Shown piece by piece: positions 7,956 through 17,496 of a stretch of 64,000 nt of DNA. The stretch comes from Candidatus Peregrinibacteria bacterium (GTDB taxonomy: Bacteria; Patescibacteriota; Gracilibacteria; Peribacterales; Peribacteraceae). The notes below the pieces were generated by a model, which saw nothing but the letters and a program-made list of their open reading frames with translations, was not told the origin of the DNA and ran no database searches. Location: contig JACPMB010000015.1 of NCBI GenBank assembly GCA_016186175.1, positions 1,116-65,115 on the forward strand, given 5' to 3'. The translations under genes and the position numbers were made by a program. Each line of letters starts with the position of its first letter. Position 1 is the first letter of the stretch.

Positions 7956-8115
7956 GGCAGTTCGCCTCGCTTGGAAAACAAGCTCGTGGTTTACCACCCT
8001 TCGACTCGCTTCGCTCGCCCAGGGTCATTCGCCTCGCGCCTCATAGAAAGTGGCCCGAGCCGCGAAGCGGCGAGGACCATGAGCGAGTACTGAGCGTAGC
8101 GAAGTGCGAGTCGAA

Positions 8116-8190
8116 TGGTGCTCCCGACAGGAATCGAACCTGTATCTCCGGCTTCGGAGGCCGGCGGTCTATCCGTTGACCTACGGGAGC
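8116..8190 (-). tRNA. tRNA-Arg (anticodon CCG), CCA encoded
   Basis: Reverse complement GCTCCCGTAGGTCAACGGATAGACCGCCGGCCTCCGAAGCCGGAGATACAGGTTCGATTCCTGTCGGGAGCACCA, with anticodon loop CTCCGAA. Confidence 0.9.
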
Positions 8191-8999
8191 GATGTTGCCA
8201 CGCCCTGTTCTGGCAATCCGAAGAACTTTACAGCATTTTTCGTGGTCTCATCTTCCACTTGCTTCAACGATATTTCTTTGATCTCCGCCACGCACTCTGC
8301 GACATCCACGACGAACGCCGGCTCGTTTCTTTGGCCGCGATGAGGCACGGGGGCCAAAAACGGCGCATCCGTTTCGATCATCAGCTGCGCCAGCGGACAT
8401 CGCCCGATGGTGTTTCGGATTTCTCCGGATTTGGGATATGTCGCGATGCCGGTGAATGACAGCATGTATCCCCTATCAACGAATTTCTCAACATCGCTCC
8501 ATTTTTCCGTGCAGCAGTGGATCACAAGATTCTGCGGCCTGATTTCATCAACCAGCTTCCAGACGTCCTCAACCGCCTTTCTGCAATGGACGACTGCCGG
8601 CATATGAAGCTCGCGCGCCAGAAGCAGCTGCTTCCTGAACGCTTCGCGCTGAACGCCGCGCGGCGAGAAATCGTAATGGTAATCGAGGCCGGTCTCCCCG
8701 ATTGCCCGGACTTTCCTGGAAGAACGAACCAGTTCTGCAACCCGTTTGAGCCAGTCGCCATTTTTCGCAGAAAACTGCGGATCAGTTTTCTCGATTAGGG
8801 ACGAATGATGGGGATGAACGCCTACAGTACAAAAAATATGTTCATTCTTTTCGGCAAGCTCCGCCGCTTTTCCGCTTTCCTCGATCGTGTCACCTATGCA
8901 GATCATGCGATTCACGCCCGCAGCGAGCGCCCTCGCGATGACAGCGTCCAGATCTGACGAGAACTGCGGATCGGCCAAGTGACAGTGACTGTCAATCAC
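8181..8999 (-). CDS. tatD: TatD-family metal-dependent hydrolase/DNase
   Basis: MIDSHCHLADPQF.. (HxH), ..TVGVHPHH.., ..IGETGLDYHY.., ..ETDAPFLAPVPHRG.. are all typical of TatD/YcfH. The last ~10 nt overlap the 5' end of tRNA-Arg. Confidence 0.85.
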   Translation of the reverse strand: MIDSHCHLADPQFSSDLDAVIARALAAGVNRMICIGDTIEESGKAAELAEKNEHIFCTVGVHPHHSSLIEKTDPQFSAKNGDWLKRVAELVRSSRKVRAIGETGLDYHYDFSPRGVQREAFRKQLLLARELHMPAVVHCRKAVEDVWKLVDEIRPQNLVIHCCTEKWSDVEKFVDRGYMLSFTGIATYPKSGEIRNTIGRCPLAQLMIETDAPFLAPVPHRGQRNEPAFVVDVAECVAEIKEISLKQVEDETTKNAVKFFGLPEQGVATSLP

Positions 9000-9021
9000 C
9001 GATATACCTTACAATGAGAAT

Positions 9022-10857
9022 ATGCGATTTTTAAGGCGTTTCGGCGATTCATTGTCAGCCGGACAATTGGCATTTGCCTCAGCGCTTCTGTTGCTTGCAT
9101 TAGGTTTTCTGATTTACGGACGGACATTGTTCTATGAATTCGTCGAGCTGGACGATCCTTTGCTGATCCTGGAAAATTCCTCCGTGCAATCAGTGTCGTT
9201 GGCGCATCTAAAAAAGATATTTACCACTTACGATCCCGAACTTTATATTCCGCTGACGTTCCTCAGCTATCAGCTGGACATCGCGATAGGCGGGCTGAAT
9301 CCGTTTTTGATCCATCTTCACAATCTCCTGCAGCACATCCTGAATGCAGGATTGTTCGGCCTTCTCTGTTCCATCATCTTGAGAAACCGGCGAGCGGCGC
9401 TCTTTGCCGCGCTACTCTTCCTCATTCATCCAATACAGGTTGAGGCAGTGGTTTGGGCGACCGGAAGAAAGGACCTCATGTCGTCGTCCTTTTTTCTGAT
9501 ATCCCTCATTTTGTACATGCGGAGAAAGAAGATTTTCTTGCCTGGGAAGCTGGGTGATGAAATCAAGCCGCTCGCGTACATAAGCAGTTTACTGAGCTTC
9601 CTGCTGGGACTCTTCTCGAAAATCACCGTGGTTTCGCTTCCTGTAGTTCTATTGCTGATTGATTGGCTGGAGGGAAGACGGCTAAGCCGCCGATCGCTTC
9701 TGGAAAAAATCCCGTACTTCACGCTCGCAATCGTTTTCGGAATCGTGGCGCTCTTCGGCAAGATAAACGCGCCGGACCTCTCTGTTCTGACACGCATTCT
9801 CGCAGCGGCTAAGTCGTTCACGTTCTCAATCACAAAACTTTTCGTTCCTGCCGGACTCAGCCCGATGTACGCATATTCCGGAACAATTTCGATGCGATCT
9901 TCTGATTTCGTCCTGTCGCTTACGATCGTGACGACGATCATCTGCGCCGCATACGCGCTGAGAAAACGATGGAAACCGTTCGCATTTTGCACGGCATTCA
10001 CGATGATCACCTTCCTCCCCTCATTCGGGAATTTGATAAAGAACGGCGACTATTACATCACTTCCGACCGTTACGCCTACATTCCCTCGATGGGACTTTT
10101 CATGCTGGCAGGATTCTTGCTGTCGCAGGCGGAAAAAAAGTCGCCAGCATTGATGCGCAAGATGTATGCGCCGGCCATTGCAGCATTTCTTCTGCTGCTC
10201 TCATTAATTTCATACAACCAATCTTCCGTCTGGAAAAATTCCGAAACACTGAGCCGCCATGTCACTCTGGTATCGCCGAAAGCGCGGCTGGGACATCTTT
10301 GGTATGGCAACGCGCTGCGCGACGCAGGCAGGATTGATCAAGCCATCGAAGAGTACGATGTCGCTCTCTCGTTCAAGGACGATGCGCAGATGCATTACGA
10401 CCGCGCGCTCGCGTACGAGGAAAAGGGAATGGATGATGAGGCGGCAGCGGACTACAAGCAGGCTCTCACTCTCTCGCCGCGATACGCGCTCGCGCACATC
10501 AATCTTGGGCGGCTGTTTTACCGGCGCGGAGAGAAAGAGGATGCGCAAAAACACTTCGAATCCGCCTCAGAGCTTGCGCCACATCTTGCGATGCCGCTCT
10601 ACAACCTCGGCGTGCTGGAGGGAGAACGCGGGCACTTCGATCGCGCCGCGGGACTCTACCGGCAGGCTCTGGAACGCGATCCGGAAATGCACGACGCGCG
10701 GGCCAACCTGGCAATCGCTCTCCTGCAACTGGGAAAGACAGCGGAAGCAGTCGTGCAACTTAAAGAAACGCTCGGCAGAAGTCCGGACAATGCGACTGCG
10801 CGGGCTCTGCTCCGGGAACTCGTCGAAAAAGGAATCATCATAATGACCGGGCGTTGA
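9022..10857 (+). CDS. Polytopic membrane protein with C-terminal TPR repeats (TMTC/PMT_2-like putative glycosyltransferase)
   Basis: The N-terminal ~400 aa carries many hydrophobic helices. C-terminal TPR units include ..AIEEYDVALSFKDDAQMHYDRALAYEEKGMDDEAAADYKQALTLSPRYALAHINLGRLFYRRGE.. Confidence 0.7.
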   Translation: MRFLRRFGDSLSAGQLAFASALLLLALGFLIYGRTLFYEFVELDDPLLILENSSVQSVSLAHLKKIFTTYDPELYIPLTFLSYQLDIAIGGLNPFLIHLHNLLQHILNAGLFGLLCSIILRNRRAALFAALLFLIHPIQVEAVVWATGRKDLMSSSFFLISLILYMRRKKIFLPGKLGDEIKPLAYISSLLSFLLGLFSKITVVSLPVVLLLIDWLEGRRLSRRSLLEKIPYFTLAIVFGIVALFGKINAPDLSVLTRILAAAKSFTFSITKLFVPAGLSPMYAYSGTISMRSSDFVLSLTIVTTIICAAYALRKRWKPFAFCTAFTMITFLPSFGNLIKNGDYYITSDRYAYIPSMGLFMLAGFLLSQAEKKSPALMRKMYAPAIAAFLLLLSLISYNQSSVWKNSETLSRHVTLVSPKARLGHLWYGNALRDAGRIDQAIEEYDVALSFKDDAQMHYDRALAYEEKGMDDEAAADYKQALTLSPRYALAHINLGRLFYRRGEKEDAQKHFESASELAPHLAMPLYNLGVLEGERGHFDRAAGLYRQALERDPEMHDARANLAIALLQLGKTAEAVVQLKETLGRSPDNATARALLRELVEKGIIIMTGR

Positions 10858-10950
10858 TCACACGATTGCCGATTGCAGTACTCCGCCAATTCGCCATGTT
10901 TTCGAATCCTGAACGTATCTTGTATTGCAAAATAAACTCAATTGGCCAGC

Positions 10951-11496
10951 TCACTGCCTCCGACTATAGAGCCCGATAAGTTCGGCTTTTGCCAGAATGT
11001 GACCCTCTGTTGCTTCCTCGAGCTTTGTCATATCCGCGCTGGATGGGAGATCAAGAATCGTATCGAGCGCGTAAAGCTTGAAGAGGTACCGGTGTGTCCC
11101 GGAAGGCGGGCACGGTCCGCCGTAGCCGGTGTTTCCCCAGCTTGTCATGCCTTCGGTCGCCCCCGGAGGTACGCCGTTTTCCTCTATCTCCTCCGTCAGC
11201 GGATTGATGTTCCATAGGAGCCAATGCACCCATGTCCCCATGGGAGCGTCGGGATCGTCGTGGATAAGGGCGAGACTTTTCGCTCCTCTGGGAACGCCGG
11301 ATATGCGCAGAGGCGGGCTTCTGTCATCTCCGTCACAAGTGTATTGCGACGGGATTGATCCGTTGTGCGTGAATGTCGGGCTGGAAATTTCCATATTCAT
11401 GCCAGGGGCAACAGGCGCCGCGCATGATGTAAGGAAGAGTAATGCAACGGTGAGGGCTCGTCGCCTGAAGAATGATGACGCAAGAACAGTTCCCAC
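10951..11496 (-). CDS. YbhB/YbcL-family PEBP (Raf kinase inhibitor-like) lipoprotein
   Basis: ..LIHDDPDAP..WVHWLLWNI..GYGGPCPPSGTHRYLFKLYALD.. is the PEBP signature. The N-terminal ..LLFLTSC is lipobox-like. Confidence 0.8.
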   Translation of the reverse strand: MGTVLASSFFRRRALTVALLFLTSCAAPVAPGMNMEISSPTFTHNGSIPSQYTCDGDDRSPPLRISGVPRGAKSLALIHDDPDAPMGTWVHWLLWNINPLTEEIEENGVPPGATEGMTSWGNTGYGGPCPPSGTHRYLFKLYALDTILDLPSSADMTKLEEATEGHILAKAELIGLYSRRQ

Positions 11497-11585
11497 GCCC
11501 GTATCTTACCTTATGTTCCAGCGCTGCGCTCTGCCCGGCAAGACAATCTGTTACAATTCCAGCGCGTTCTTTGCTTGTTACTCGC

Positions 11586-11660
11586 GGGTCGGTAGCTCAG
11601 TGGTAGAGCAGTGGCCTTTTAAGCCATTGGCCGAGGGTTCGATCCCCTCCCGACCCACCA
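11586..11660 (+). tRNA. tRNA-Lys (anticodon TTT), CCA encoded
   Basis: GGGTCGGTAGCTCAGTGGTAGAGCAGTGGCCTTTTAAGCCATTGGCCGAGGGTTCGATCCCCTCCCGACCCACCA, with anticodon loop CTTTTAA. Confidence 0.9.
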
Positions 11661-11693
11661 CACTTCGCTCGACTGCGGCCGAGCTTCGCGTGG
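11649..11693 (+). repeat. 45-nt direct repeat, copy 1 (last 12 nt of tRNA-Lys plus 33 nt downstream)
   Basis: cccgacccaccacacttcgctcgactgcggccgagcttcgcgtgg. 44/45 nt identical to 13883..13927. Confidence 0.9.
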
Positions 11694-11742
11694 CACGCCG
11701 CGATTCTTTTGGCAGGAGGCGAAGCGGCACTGGAACATCGAT

Positions 11743-12138
11743 GTGGAGTCGTCAAAACTGTCTCAACTGTGGTTCGATGAATACGTTCCGATTGAGGGCA
11801 CAGTTGATCTTGTGCGACGCCTTAAAGAAGCAGGCATTGAGGTATTGTTCCTTTCCGACAACGCACCCGATCGTGTCGCATATCTGGATTCCCGGTACAA
11901 ATTTTTGGGAAAATTCACAGGTGGCGTATTTTCGCACATCACCAAAGTACGCAAGCCCGATCAGAAAATGTACAAGGCGGTTCTGGACATTGCCTCTCAC
12001 CCAGCGGAAGAGTGTGTGTTCATCGACGACAAGCCTCATCTGCTGGAACCAGCAAAAGATCTGGGTATGCACGTTATTGCCTTCAAAAGTCCGGAGCAGG
12101 TTGAAAAGGAATTACAAGAGATAGGTTTGAACTTCTGA
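11743..12138 (+). pseudogene. HAD-family hydrolase lacking the N-terminal nucleophile motif (5'-truncated)
   Basis: ..GIEVLFLSDN.. (motif II), ..KVRKPD.. (motif III Lys) and ..CVFIDDKP.. (motif IV) are present, but there is no DxDGT motif. The same frame stays open upstream and reads cap-like ..FFWQEAKRHWNIDVES.. right up to the direct repeat and tRNA. Confidence 0.5.
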
Positions 12139-12196
12139 AATTCACGAGAACAACAGCAGTTGCTAACTAATCAATTTGATTCTAAAATCATATTCT

Positions 12197-12664
12197 ATGA
12201 AATTCTCCATCCCGGGCCGTGGAGACTTCGATATACAGAAGGTCATCTTCGACCTAAACGGCACCCTGACCATCGATGGCAAGGTCATAGAAGGCGTTCC
12301 AGAGCGCATACAGGCACTCCGCCAGAGGGTATTAGCACTGTTCCTCTTCACGGGAGATACACAGGGAAATGGAGCCACGATTGCGAAAGAACTCGGACTT
12401 GAATTGAAAGTGACAGGCCATGCACAGGACAAAGCGAATGAGGCACGGGAGCTTGAGTCGGAGCACTGTGCCGCAATCGGAAATGGCAGCATTGACATTG
12501 AGCTTTTCAAAACAGTGAAATTTCCCATGGCCGTCCGGCAAGCTGAAGGATCTTGTCCGAAAGCAGAAGAGGAAGCTCTGATTGTTTTCCCGAGCATCCT
12601 CGACGCACTCGATGCTCTTTTACAGGAGCCTCCGAAGAGGATCATCGCTACACTACGAAGGTAA
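12197..12664 (+). CDS. Small HAD-superfamily protein (soluble P-type-ATPase-like, COG4087-type)
   Basis: ..VIFDLNGTLTIDG.. (DxxGT), ..LFLFTGDTQG.., ..AAIGNGSIDIELF... Start taken at ATG 12197 (MKFSIPGRG). Confidence 0.65.
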   Translation: MKFSIPGRGDFDIQKVIFDLNGTLTIDGKVIEGVPERIQALRQRVLALFLFTGDTQGNGATIAKELGLELKVTGHAQDKANEARELESEHCAAIGNGSIDIELFKTVKFPMAVRQAEGSCPKAEEEALIVFPSILDALDALLQEPPKRIIATLRR

Positions 12665-12677
12665 TTCCCTCCCACAC

Positions 12678-13166
12678 ATGCTCCTCGGCATCATCTCTGA
12701 CACGCACGAACATATTGAGCACATCGAGAAAGCAAAACGTCTCTTTGCTACAAAAGGCGCGTCTCCCGTCGTTCATCTCGGAGATTTCTGTGCCGGACCC
12801 TCTGTCCGTGCATTCGCAGGTACGAAGATCATCGGCATTCTCGGGAACAATGATGGCGATCACCTGCGTCTTGAGCAGAACTTCAAACAAATAGGAGGCG
12901 ATTTCCGATGGGAATTCTGTATGCTGGAGTTCGATGGTCTCAAGATCGCTTGCTACCACGGCACTGTCCCGGAAATCACAGAGGCTCTCATCGGGTGCAA
13001 GAAATACGATGTCGTGCTCTCCGGGCACACACATGAATCTTCACTCGAGGCGAGAGATGGGGTACTCGCATTGAATCCGGGAAGTGCGCATGGTTTCGGG
13101 AAGACTGCGACAGTTGCGATACTCGATACGAAGACAAAACAGGCAGAGATCGTCGCGTTGTCATAG
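12678..13166 (+). CDS. YfcE/MJ0936-family metallophosphoesterase
   Basis: MLLGIISDTHEH.., ..VVHLGDF.., ..GNNDGD.., ..VLSGHTHES.. are the calcineurin-like phosphoesterase motifs. Start taken at ATG 12678. Confidence 0.8.
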   Translation: MLLGIISDTHEHIEHIEKAKRLFATKGASPVVHLGDFCAGPSVRAFAGTKIIGILGNNDGDHLRLEQNFKQIGGDFRWEFCMLEFDGLKIACYHGTVPEITEALIGCKKYDVVLSGHTHESSLEARDGVLALNPGSAHGFGKTATVAILDTKTKQAEIVALS

Positions 13167-13180
13167 TAGAATGGGATTCG

Positions 13181-13813
13181 ATGAGCACCGACCCCACACA
13201 GCAATTCTACGAATCTCATGTGCGTGAATACGAGGAACAGACGGACAATCTCCAGCCACAGAGCTTCCTTCAAAAGTTCATGGAGACCCTGCCGCGCAAT
13301 AGCAGACTTCTTGATGTGGGATGCGCCTACGGCCGGGATTCGGCATTCCTTGCCGAACATGGGTTCAAAGTCACCGGAGTTGATTACGCTGCTGGGCTGA
13401 TCGAACGAGCAAAGCAACGGGTCCCGAACGCCGAGTTCCTTGTTGCTGATATGCGTGAACTTCCATTCGATTCCGGGTCTTTCGATGGTATCTGGGCATA
13501 CATGAGCCTTCTCCATCTGCAAAAGAGTGAAGTCCCTGCGGCTCTGCAAGGATTTGCTCATGTTCTTGCGCCGCAGGGAGTGTTTGCTCTCGGTATGAAA
13601 GTCGGACAGGGTGAGGGGTATGTCACCGATCAGCGCTACGATGGTGCGAAGAAGTACTTTGCAAATTTCACGGAGAACGAAATGCACGGACTGCTGCAGC
13701 AGGCAGGGTTCCATGTCCTCGAGAGTTCTGTGCGAGAGCGACAACTCCCGTATCAGGATCTTCCAGTGATGGAAATCCTTGCTCGAAAGGACTCAACTGC
13801 CTCACGCTCGTGA
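13181..13813 (+). CDS. Class I SAM-dependent methyltransferase
   Basis: ..RLLDVGCAYGRDSAFLAEHGFKVTGVDYAAGLIERAK.. (motif I and post-I), ..FDGIWAYMSLLHL.. Confidence 0.8.
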   Translation: MSTDPTQQFYESHVREYEEQTDNLQPQSFLQKFMETLPRNSRLLDVGCAYGRDSAFLAEHGFKVTGVDYAAGLIERAKQRVPNAEFLVADMRELPFDSGSFDGIWAYMSLLHLQKSEVPAALQGFAHVLAPQGVFALGMKVGQGEGYVTDQRYDGAKKYFANFTENEMHGLLQQAGFHVLESSVRERQLPYQDLPVMEILARKDSTASRS

Positions 13814-13882
13814 ACCGCGGCATGTTATTCTGTCGCACGGCGAGGGGGGTGACGAACATCCAGAGAAAATGGACCTTTTCTC

Positions 13883-13927
13883 CCCGACCCACCACACTTC
13901 GCTCGACTGCAGCCGAGCTTCGCGTGG
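13883..13927 (+). repeat. 45-nt direct repeat, copy 2 (duplicate of the tRNA-Lys 3' end and flank)
   Basis: cccgacccaccacacttcgctcgactgcagccgagcttcgcgtgg. Short repeats follow (ggtttaccaggccgc x2). Confidence 0.9.
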
Positions 13928-14267
13928 TAAACCACGAAGCCCATAGGCGTAGTGGTTTACCAGGCCGCTAGCGTTCGGTTTACCAGGCCGCGTAGCCCGC
14001 AGGCGAAGTGGCCTGGCGTAACCCGAAGGGCGAAGTAGCGTGGCACATAGACGCTTCGCTACGGTTGGCTTTGAGTAGAGCGACGCATGATCCTTTGGCG
14101 AGGACGGCGCTTCTGAAAAAAGGATTGTTATTTGGGACGACTCACGCACGGAAAAAGCAAAACCCCTTTGGGTCCCATCGTAGAGGCTCAAACCAGACCT
14201 ACATGACACCGATAGGAGGACACGTTCCTATAAAAAATGTGTTTTCAAAAAAATCCGCCCCTATCCC

Positions 14268-14711
14268 TCACAATGCACCAACAGACGGGGATTCCATACC
14301 AAACAATTCCTTCCCAAGGACTCGGTTCAATCGTGTTCTCTGCGCATCTCTCACGATAGCATCAAGGTGGGGATGATACTCACCCACCTGCGGATGTGTG
14401 TGTTCCCACATGCCCATGTAGCCGCGAAGTGTTTCTACCAATGTACAAACCGTCTCGGAATCCTGATTGGGGTCTGCCGCTAGTTTTTCAAGAACCGACA
14501 TGGCCGTGCACCATATTCTCTCTCGTTCTCTCGGCGAGAGAGCTGTTGCAGCATTGCTATTTGCCTCCTGATACACCCTTCCCACTTCCTGAACGAGAGT
14601 TGTTGCGTGCTGCAAGAGCTTCGCACTTTCGTCGGATGAAGCTGCGTTCTCGTCTGGTCGTATGGCGCTTGGCTCTTTCATAAAGAAGGAAGAATGAGAA
14701 AAGGGAATCAC
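14268..14711 (-). CDS. Hypothetical helical protein (third gene of a 3-gene operon)
   Basis: 147-aa ORF overlapping the upstream gene by 4 nt (an alternative start at 14681 is possible). No family recognised. Confidence 0.55.
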   Translation of the reverse strand: MIPFSHSSFFMKEPSAIRPDENAASSDESAKLLQHATTLVQEVGRVYQEANSNAATALSPRERERIWCTAMSVLEKLAADPNQDSETVCTLVETLRGYMGMWEHTHPQVGEYHPHLDAIVRDAQRTRLNRVLGKELFGMESPSVGAL

Positions 14712-15817
14712 GCAGCAAAAGCGCTATCTGAACGGAAGCCGTCGATGCCGCCTAAGCGAGTTCTGAACGCCGATATGTTTCCGGCCACAGCGGGATCGTT
14801 TTTCTCTGTGCGTGATTCGCCAAACTCCACGCGCGGTCCATCCACGTTGACCCCCTGTTTGAAAGCCAACAAATCCTCTTGTGGTAATTCTGCGGAGAGA
14901 ACATGTTCTCGAAAATCCTCGATCGTCATGCTTTCCTCGCCAATGTCTCCCTGTTCAACACGTCGGGGAGGATTTTGCCGCTCCGTTGCACCGTCAACCA
15001 CGTCGGGTCCGAAATCGGGACCGTGAGGATTACGGAAATACACGCGGCTCGTCTTTTCATCATAGCGTGTGACAACAACCTGATGAGCACCTTCCCCTTC
15101 CCATTCGAGTGCGACGGGAAGGTAATGACCATAGCGTTTCACGAGTGCGATCAACGTGTTCTTGTCTTCGATGCCCGTATATGCCCTTCCCGTCAGTTGT
15201 TCAAAAACGTACTGACTTTGCTCGGTCGTGAGCCCGCCTTCAAAGCGCTGCTTTTGCAGTCCTTTATTTCTCGTGAAGCCGTCCCTCTTGTTCGAGTATT
15301 CTTCTCCTTCATACGCGGCGAGGTTCATGAGCGCAGCCTGCGCGACGGCATCCGTGTACTCTCTAGCGGCTGATCTATCTCTCTTTCCAAGATCGCGAGG
15401 TACACGTATCACCGCGCCGCCGGCGACAGTGGATTCGCCAAAGCAGATAAGTTCACGAAGAACTCGCGCCCATTCGCCGGGATTGTGGTAACTGAATAGG
15501 AACTTCGCCGATTCGGCTGCACACGTCCCGTGCTGATCTTGCGTGGCGGAGCCAGGCTCGAACTTCCTTTCCAGGAACTCTTCCACGATTGCGCTGATCG
15601 TCTCCGGCCGCTCTCCCTGTGCACGCAATTCCTCGATGAGAGCATGTACGTTGTCCAAGAGTGAGTTTCCGGTTACGTCCCTGTCGAAGAGCACTGGCGT
15701 TTCCACTTTCTCTTTTCGGAGAGAATCCAGATACTGTTTCCCCAGCGCAGAGGTCGATGCGCCAATCTCTTCCATTTTCTCTTCGAGAGACGCCGGATGA
15801 ACGTCTGGATGCTGCAT
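14708..15817 (-). CDS. Hypothetical protein with papain-like Cys/His/Asn signature (putative cysteine peptidase or effector)
   Basis: 369 aa. ..TQDQHGTCAAESAKFLFSY.. is a candidate nucleophile Cys. ..EGEGAHQVVVTRYDEKTSRVYFRNPHG.. carries a candidate His plus Asn, spaced as in C39/C70-type papain folds. The functional call is tentative. Confidence 0.55.
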   Translation of the reverse strand: MQHPDVHPASLEEKMEEIGASTSALGKQYLDSLRKEKVETPVLFDRDVTGNSLLDNVHALIEELRAQGERPETISAIVEEFLERKFEPGSATQDQHGTCAAESAKFLFSYHNPGEWARVLRELICFGESTVAGGAVIRVPRDLGKRDRSAAREYTDAVAQAALMNLAAYEGEEYSNKRDGFTRNKGLQKQRFEGGLTTEQSQYVFEQLTGRAYTGIEDKNTLIALVKRYGHYLPVALEWEGEGAHQVVVTRYDEKTSRVYFRNPHGPDFGPDVVDGATERQNPPRRVEQGDIGEESMTIEDFREHVLSAELPQEDLLAFKQGVNVDGPRVEFGESRTEKNDPAVAGNISAFRTRLGGIDGFRSDSAFAA

Positions 15818-15831
15818 AGATTCAAAGTAAT

Positions 15832-16626
15832 TCAGAGATCGTTCTGATCGTCGAAATCTGGCACGCCGTTTGCGCTATTGATCGTCAATCGGACTTCCTT
15901 CCCGAGCTGTTCAGACATTTGCCGTGCAAGCTGCACGGTCCAGCGTTCAAGCATTTCGATAGGCCTTTTCTCGTTTTGCAATTCACGCAATCCTTCGATG
16001 AGGGCACGTTCTCCCTGCGTAGTTTCCGCCACTCGCTCTAGCGGAAGATGCCCTGTGATTACCCCCGTAGCGCGACCGCGACTCTCTCTATTCAGCCTTT
16101 CAAGAAGAGGAAACAGGACGAGTCCCACATCAGCAGGAACATGAGCCTGTTTTGTAAGCCGCGTGATTCTTTGGTTTTCCTCGATCTGACGTATCCGATC
16201 ATTATGCCCACCTGCCCTCCTCATGATGGCCTGGTATTTTTCATCCGGGTCCAGTGGGGTTTGTGCGACAGCGGCAACGAGCATTTTGCGAAACTCAACG
16301 AGGCGGCGCTTGTATTCCTGTGCGTTATCAAGAGTCAAACGGTGGTCGCTCATCATGTCGCCCATACCTACTGCGGCCAGGGAGCGGCGCGCAAATCGTT
16401 GCGTCCAGGAAGCCAATGCTCGCTGCGCGTTCTTCTCGAAGGTGTCCTGCTGTGAAATCTCTGCATCGACACGATGCAAGAGCATCCTCAATTCGTCGTC
16501 ATTGTGCTCGATACGGAGATTTGCATGGGTAATACGCATTTCATCCATTATCTCCCAGTAGTAGTCATAAAAGAGCGAATCAGCTCTCTTATCCGGTTCA
16601 TGGCTTGGCATTTTGGTGGTTTCCAT
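15832..16626 (-). CDS. Hypothetical protein (first gene of the 3-gene operon)
   Basis: 264-aa ORF, charged and helical. No family recognised. Confidence 0.55.
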   Translation of the reverse strand: METTKMPSHEPDKRADSLFYDYYWEIMDEMRITHANLRIEHNDDELRMLLHRVDAEISQQDTFEKNAQRALASWTQRFARRSLAAVGMGDMMSDHRLTLDNAQEYKRRLVEFRKMLVAAVAQTPLDPDEKYQAIMRRAGGHNDRIRQIEENQRITRLTKQAHVPADVGLVLFPLLERLNRESRGRATGVITGHLPLERVAETTQGERALIEGLRELQNEKRPIEMLERWTVQLARQMSEQLGKEVRLTINSANGVPDFDDQNDL

Positions 16627-16710
16627 TGTGTAGAATTATATACTACTATTATATATAATGCAAGACCCGGCGACTTCCATCATGATCACCGAAGATGACA
16701 CTTGCGGGAC

Positions 16711-16781
16711 AATAAACAAAACCGCCTCTGGTATTGCTACCGGGACGGTGTTTGTTTTGGCCACCAGAGAGACGGAGGCGG
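16711..16781 (-). terminator. Rho-independent-like terminator downstream of 17029-17415
   Basis: On the minus strand: ccgcctccgtctctctggt..accagaggcgg followed by ttttgtttatt. Confidence 0.45.
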
Positions 16782-17028
16782 GCTCCGTTGCCCTTTGATG
16801 ACGCCAATATTATAGCAAAAACGACGCTGGAATGAAAGGCGTTTTTAACACCGAATACCGGCTTAAAAGCCTGTTTCCGGCATCAACGTAATTTGCATTT
16901 GCCGAAACACACGTCCTCGCACTGGCAGCTGCAGGGCCGGCAAGTCTGGCGGCACTTGCCGGTATCAACGGTGCAACATCCGAGAGGCGGATGTCATTCG
17001 TCGCCAAACACATAGCGCCCTCCTGCAC

Positions 17029-17415
17029 CTACTTGACGCGGTTCTTGAAGTCGTTCCGGCAGTTCTTCTCGTCAAAGCGGAAAACTTTCTCCAGATCTCG
17101 GAGGATCGCCTTGTAATTCTTGTCGTGGAATCGGAGGGTATCCCGGAAATCCTTGTCGGCTGAACGGATGGCGTTATTGCGATCTTTGTCATTCTCTATA
17201 TCCCATGCCATGAAAAGGCGCGAACGATGCTCGAAAAAAGCATCCAAACGATTCCGGTGGTGATTCACCGTATTCTCAATCGCGCTGTTCTCGCGCCTGT
17301 TCATCGCGTCCCTCACGCACATGCGATACTCAAAATCGAAATTGCGCGCCAGAACGGCGAGCGGAAACAGAATTGCTGATCCTATCACGACGGCGGAGAT
17401 GTAACGGCGCATCAT
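17029..17415 (-). CDS. Hypothetical secreted/anchored protein
   Basis: The start at 17415 gives the signal-like MMRRYISAVVIGSAILFPLAVLA. The rest is charged and helical. Confidence 0.5.
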   Translation of the reverse strand: MMRRYISAVVIGSAILFPLAVLARNFDFEYRMCVRDAMNRRENSAIENTVNHHRNRLDAFFEHRSRLFMAWDIENDKDRNNAIRSADKDFRDTLRFHDKNYKAILRDLEKVFRFDEKNCRNDFKNRVK

Positions 17416-17496
17416 AAAGGAAATCTGGTAAAGCGGAAGTACCATAATAAATGTTCCAATATCTGTCAATAGGCGTGCAGGCGCTATTATCCGTGC

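Noticed and set aside
11129-12124. 331-aa ORF spanning tRNA-Lys
   Set aside because: It runs antisense through the PEBP gene, through the tRNA, and out of frame through the HAD fragment. It has no protein-like features.
16810-17028. 72-aa minus-strand ORF in the 400-nt gap between two operons; also considered as a possible sRNA
   Set aside because: The product is Ala-rich and low-complexity. I could not recognise any known RNA family (RNase P, SRP, tmRNA, 6S) by conserved cores. Only the terminator-like hairpin at 16711-16781 is reported.
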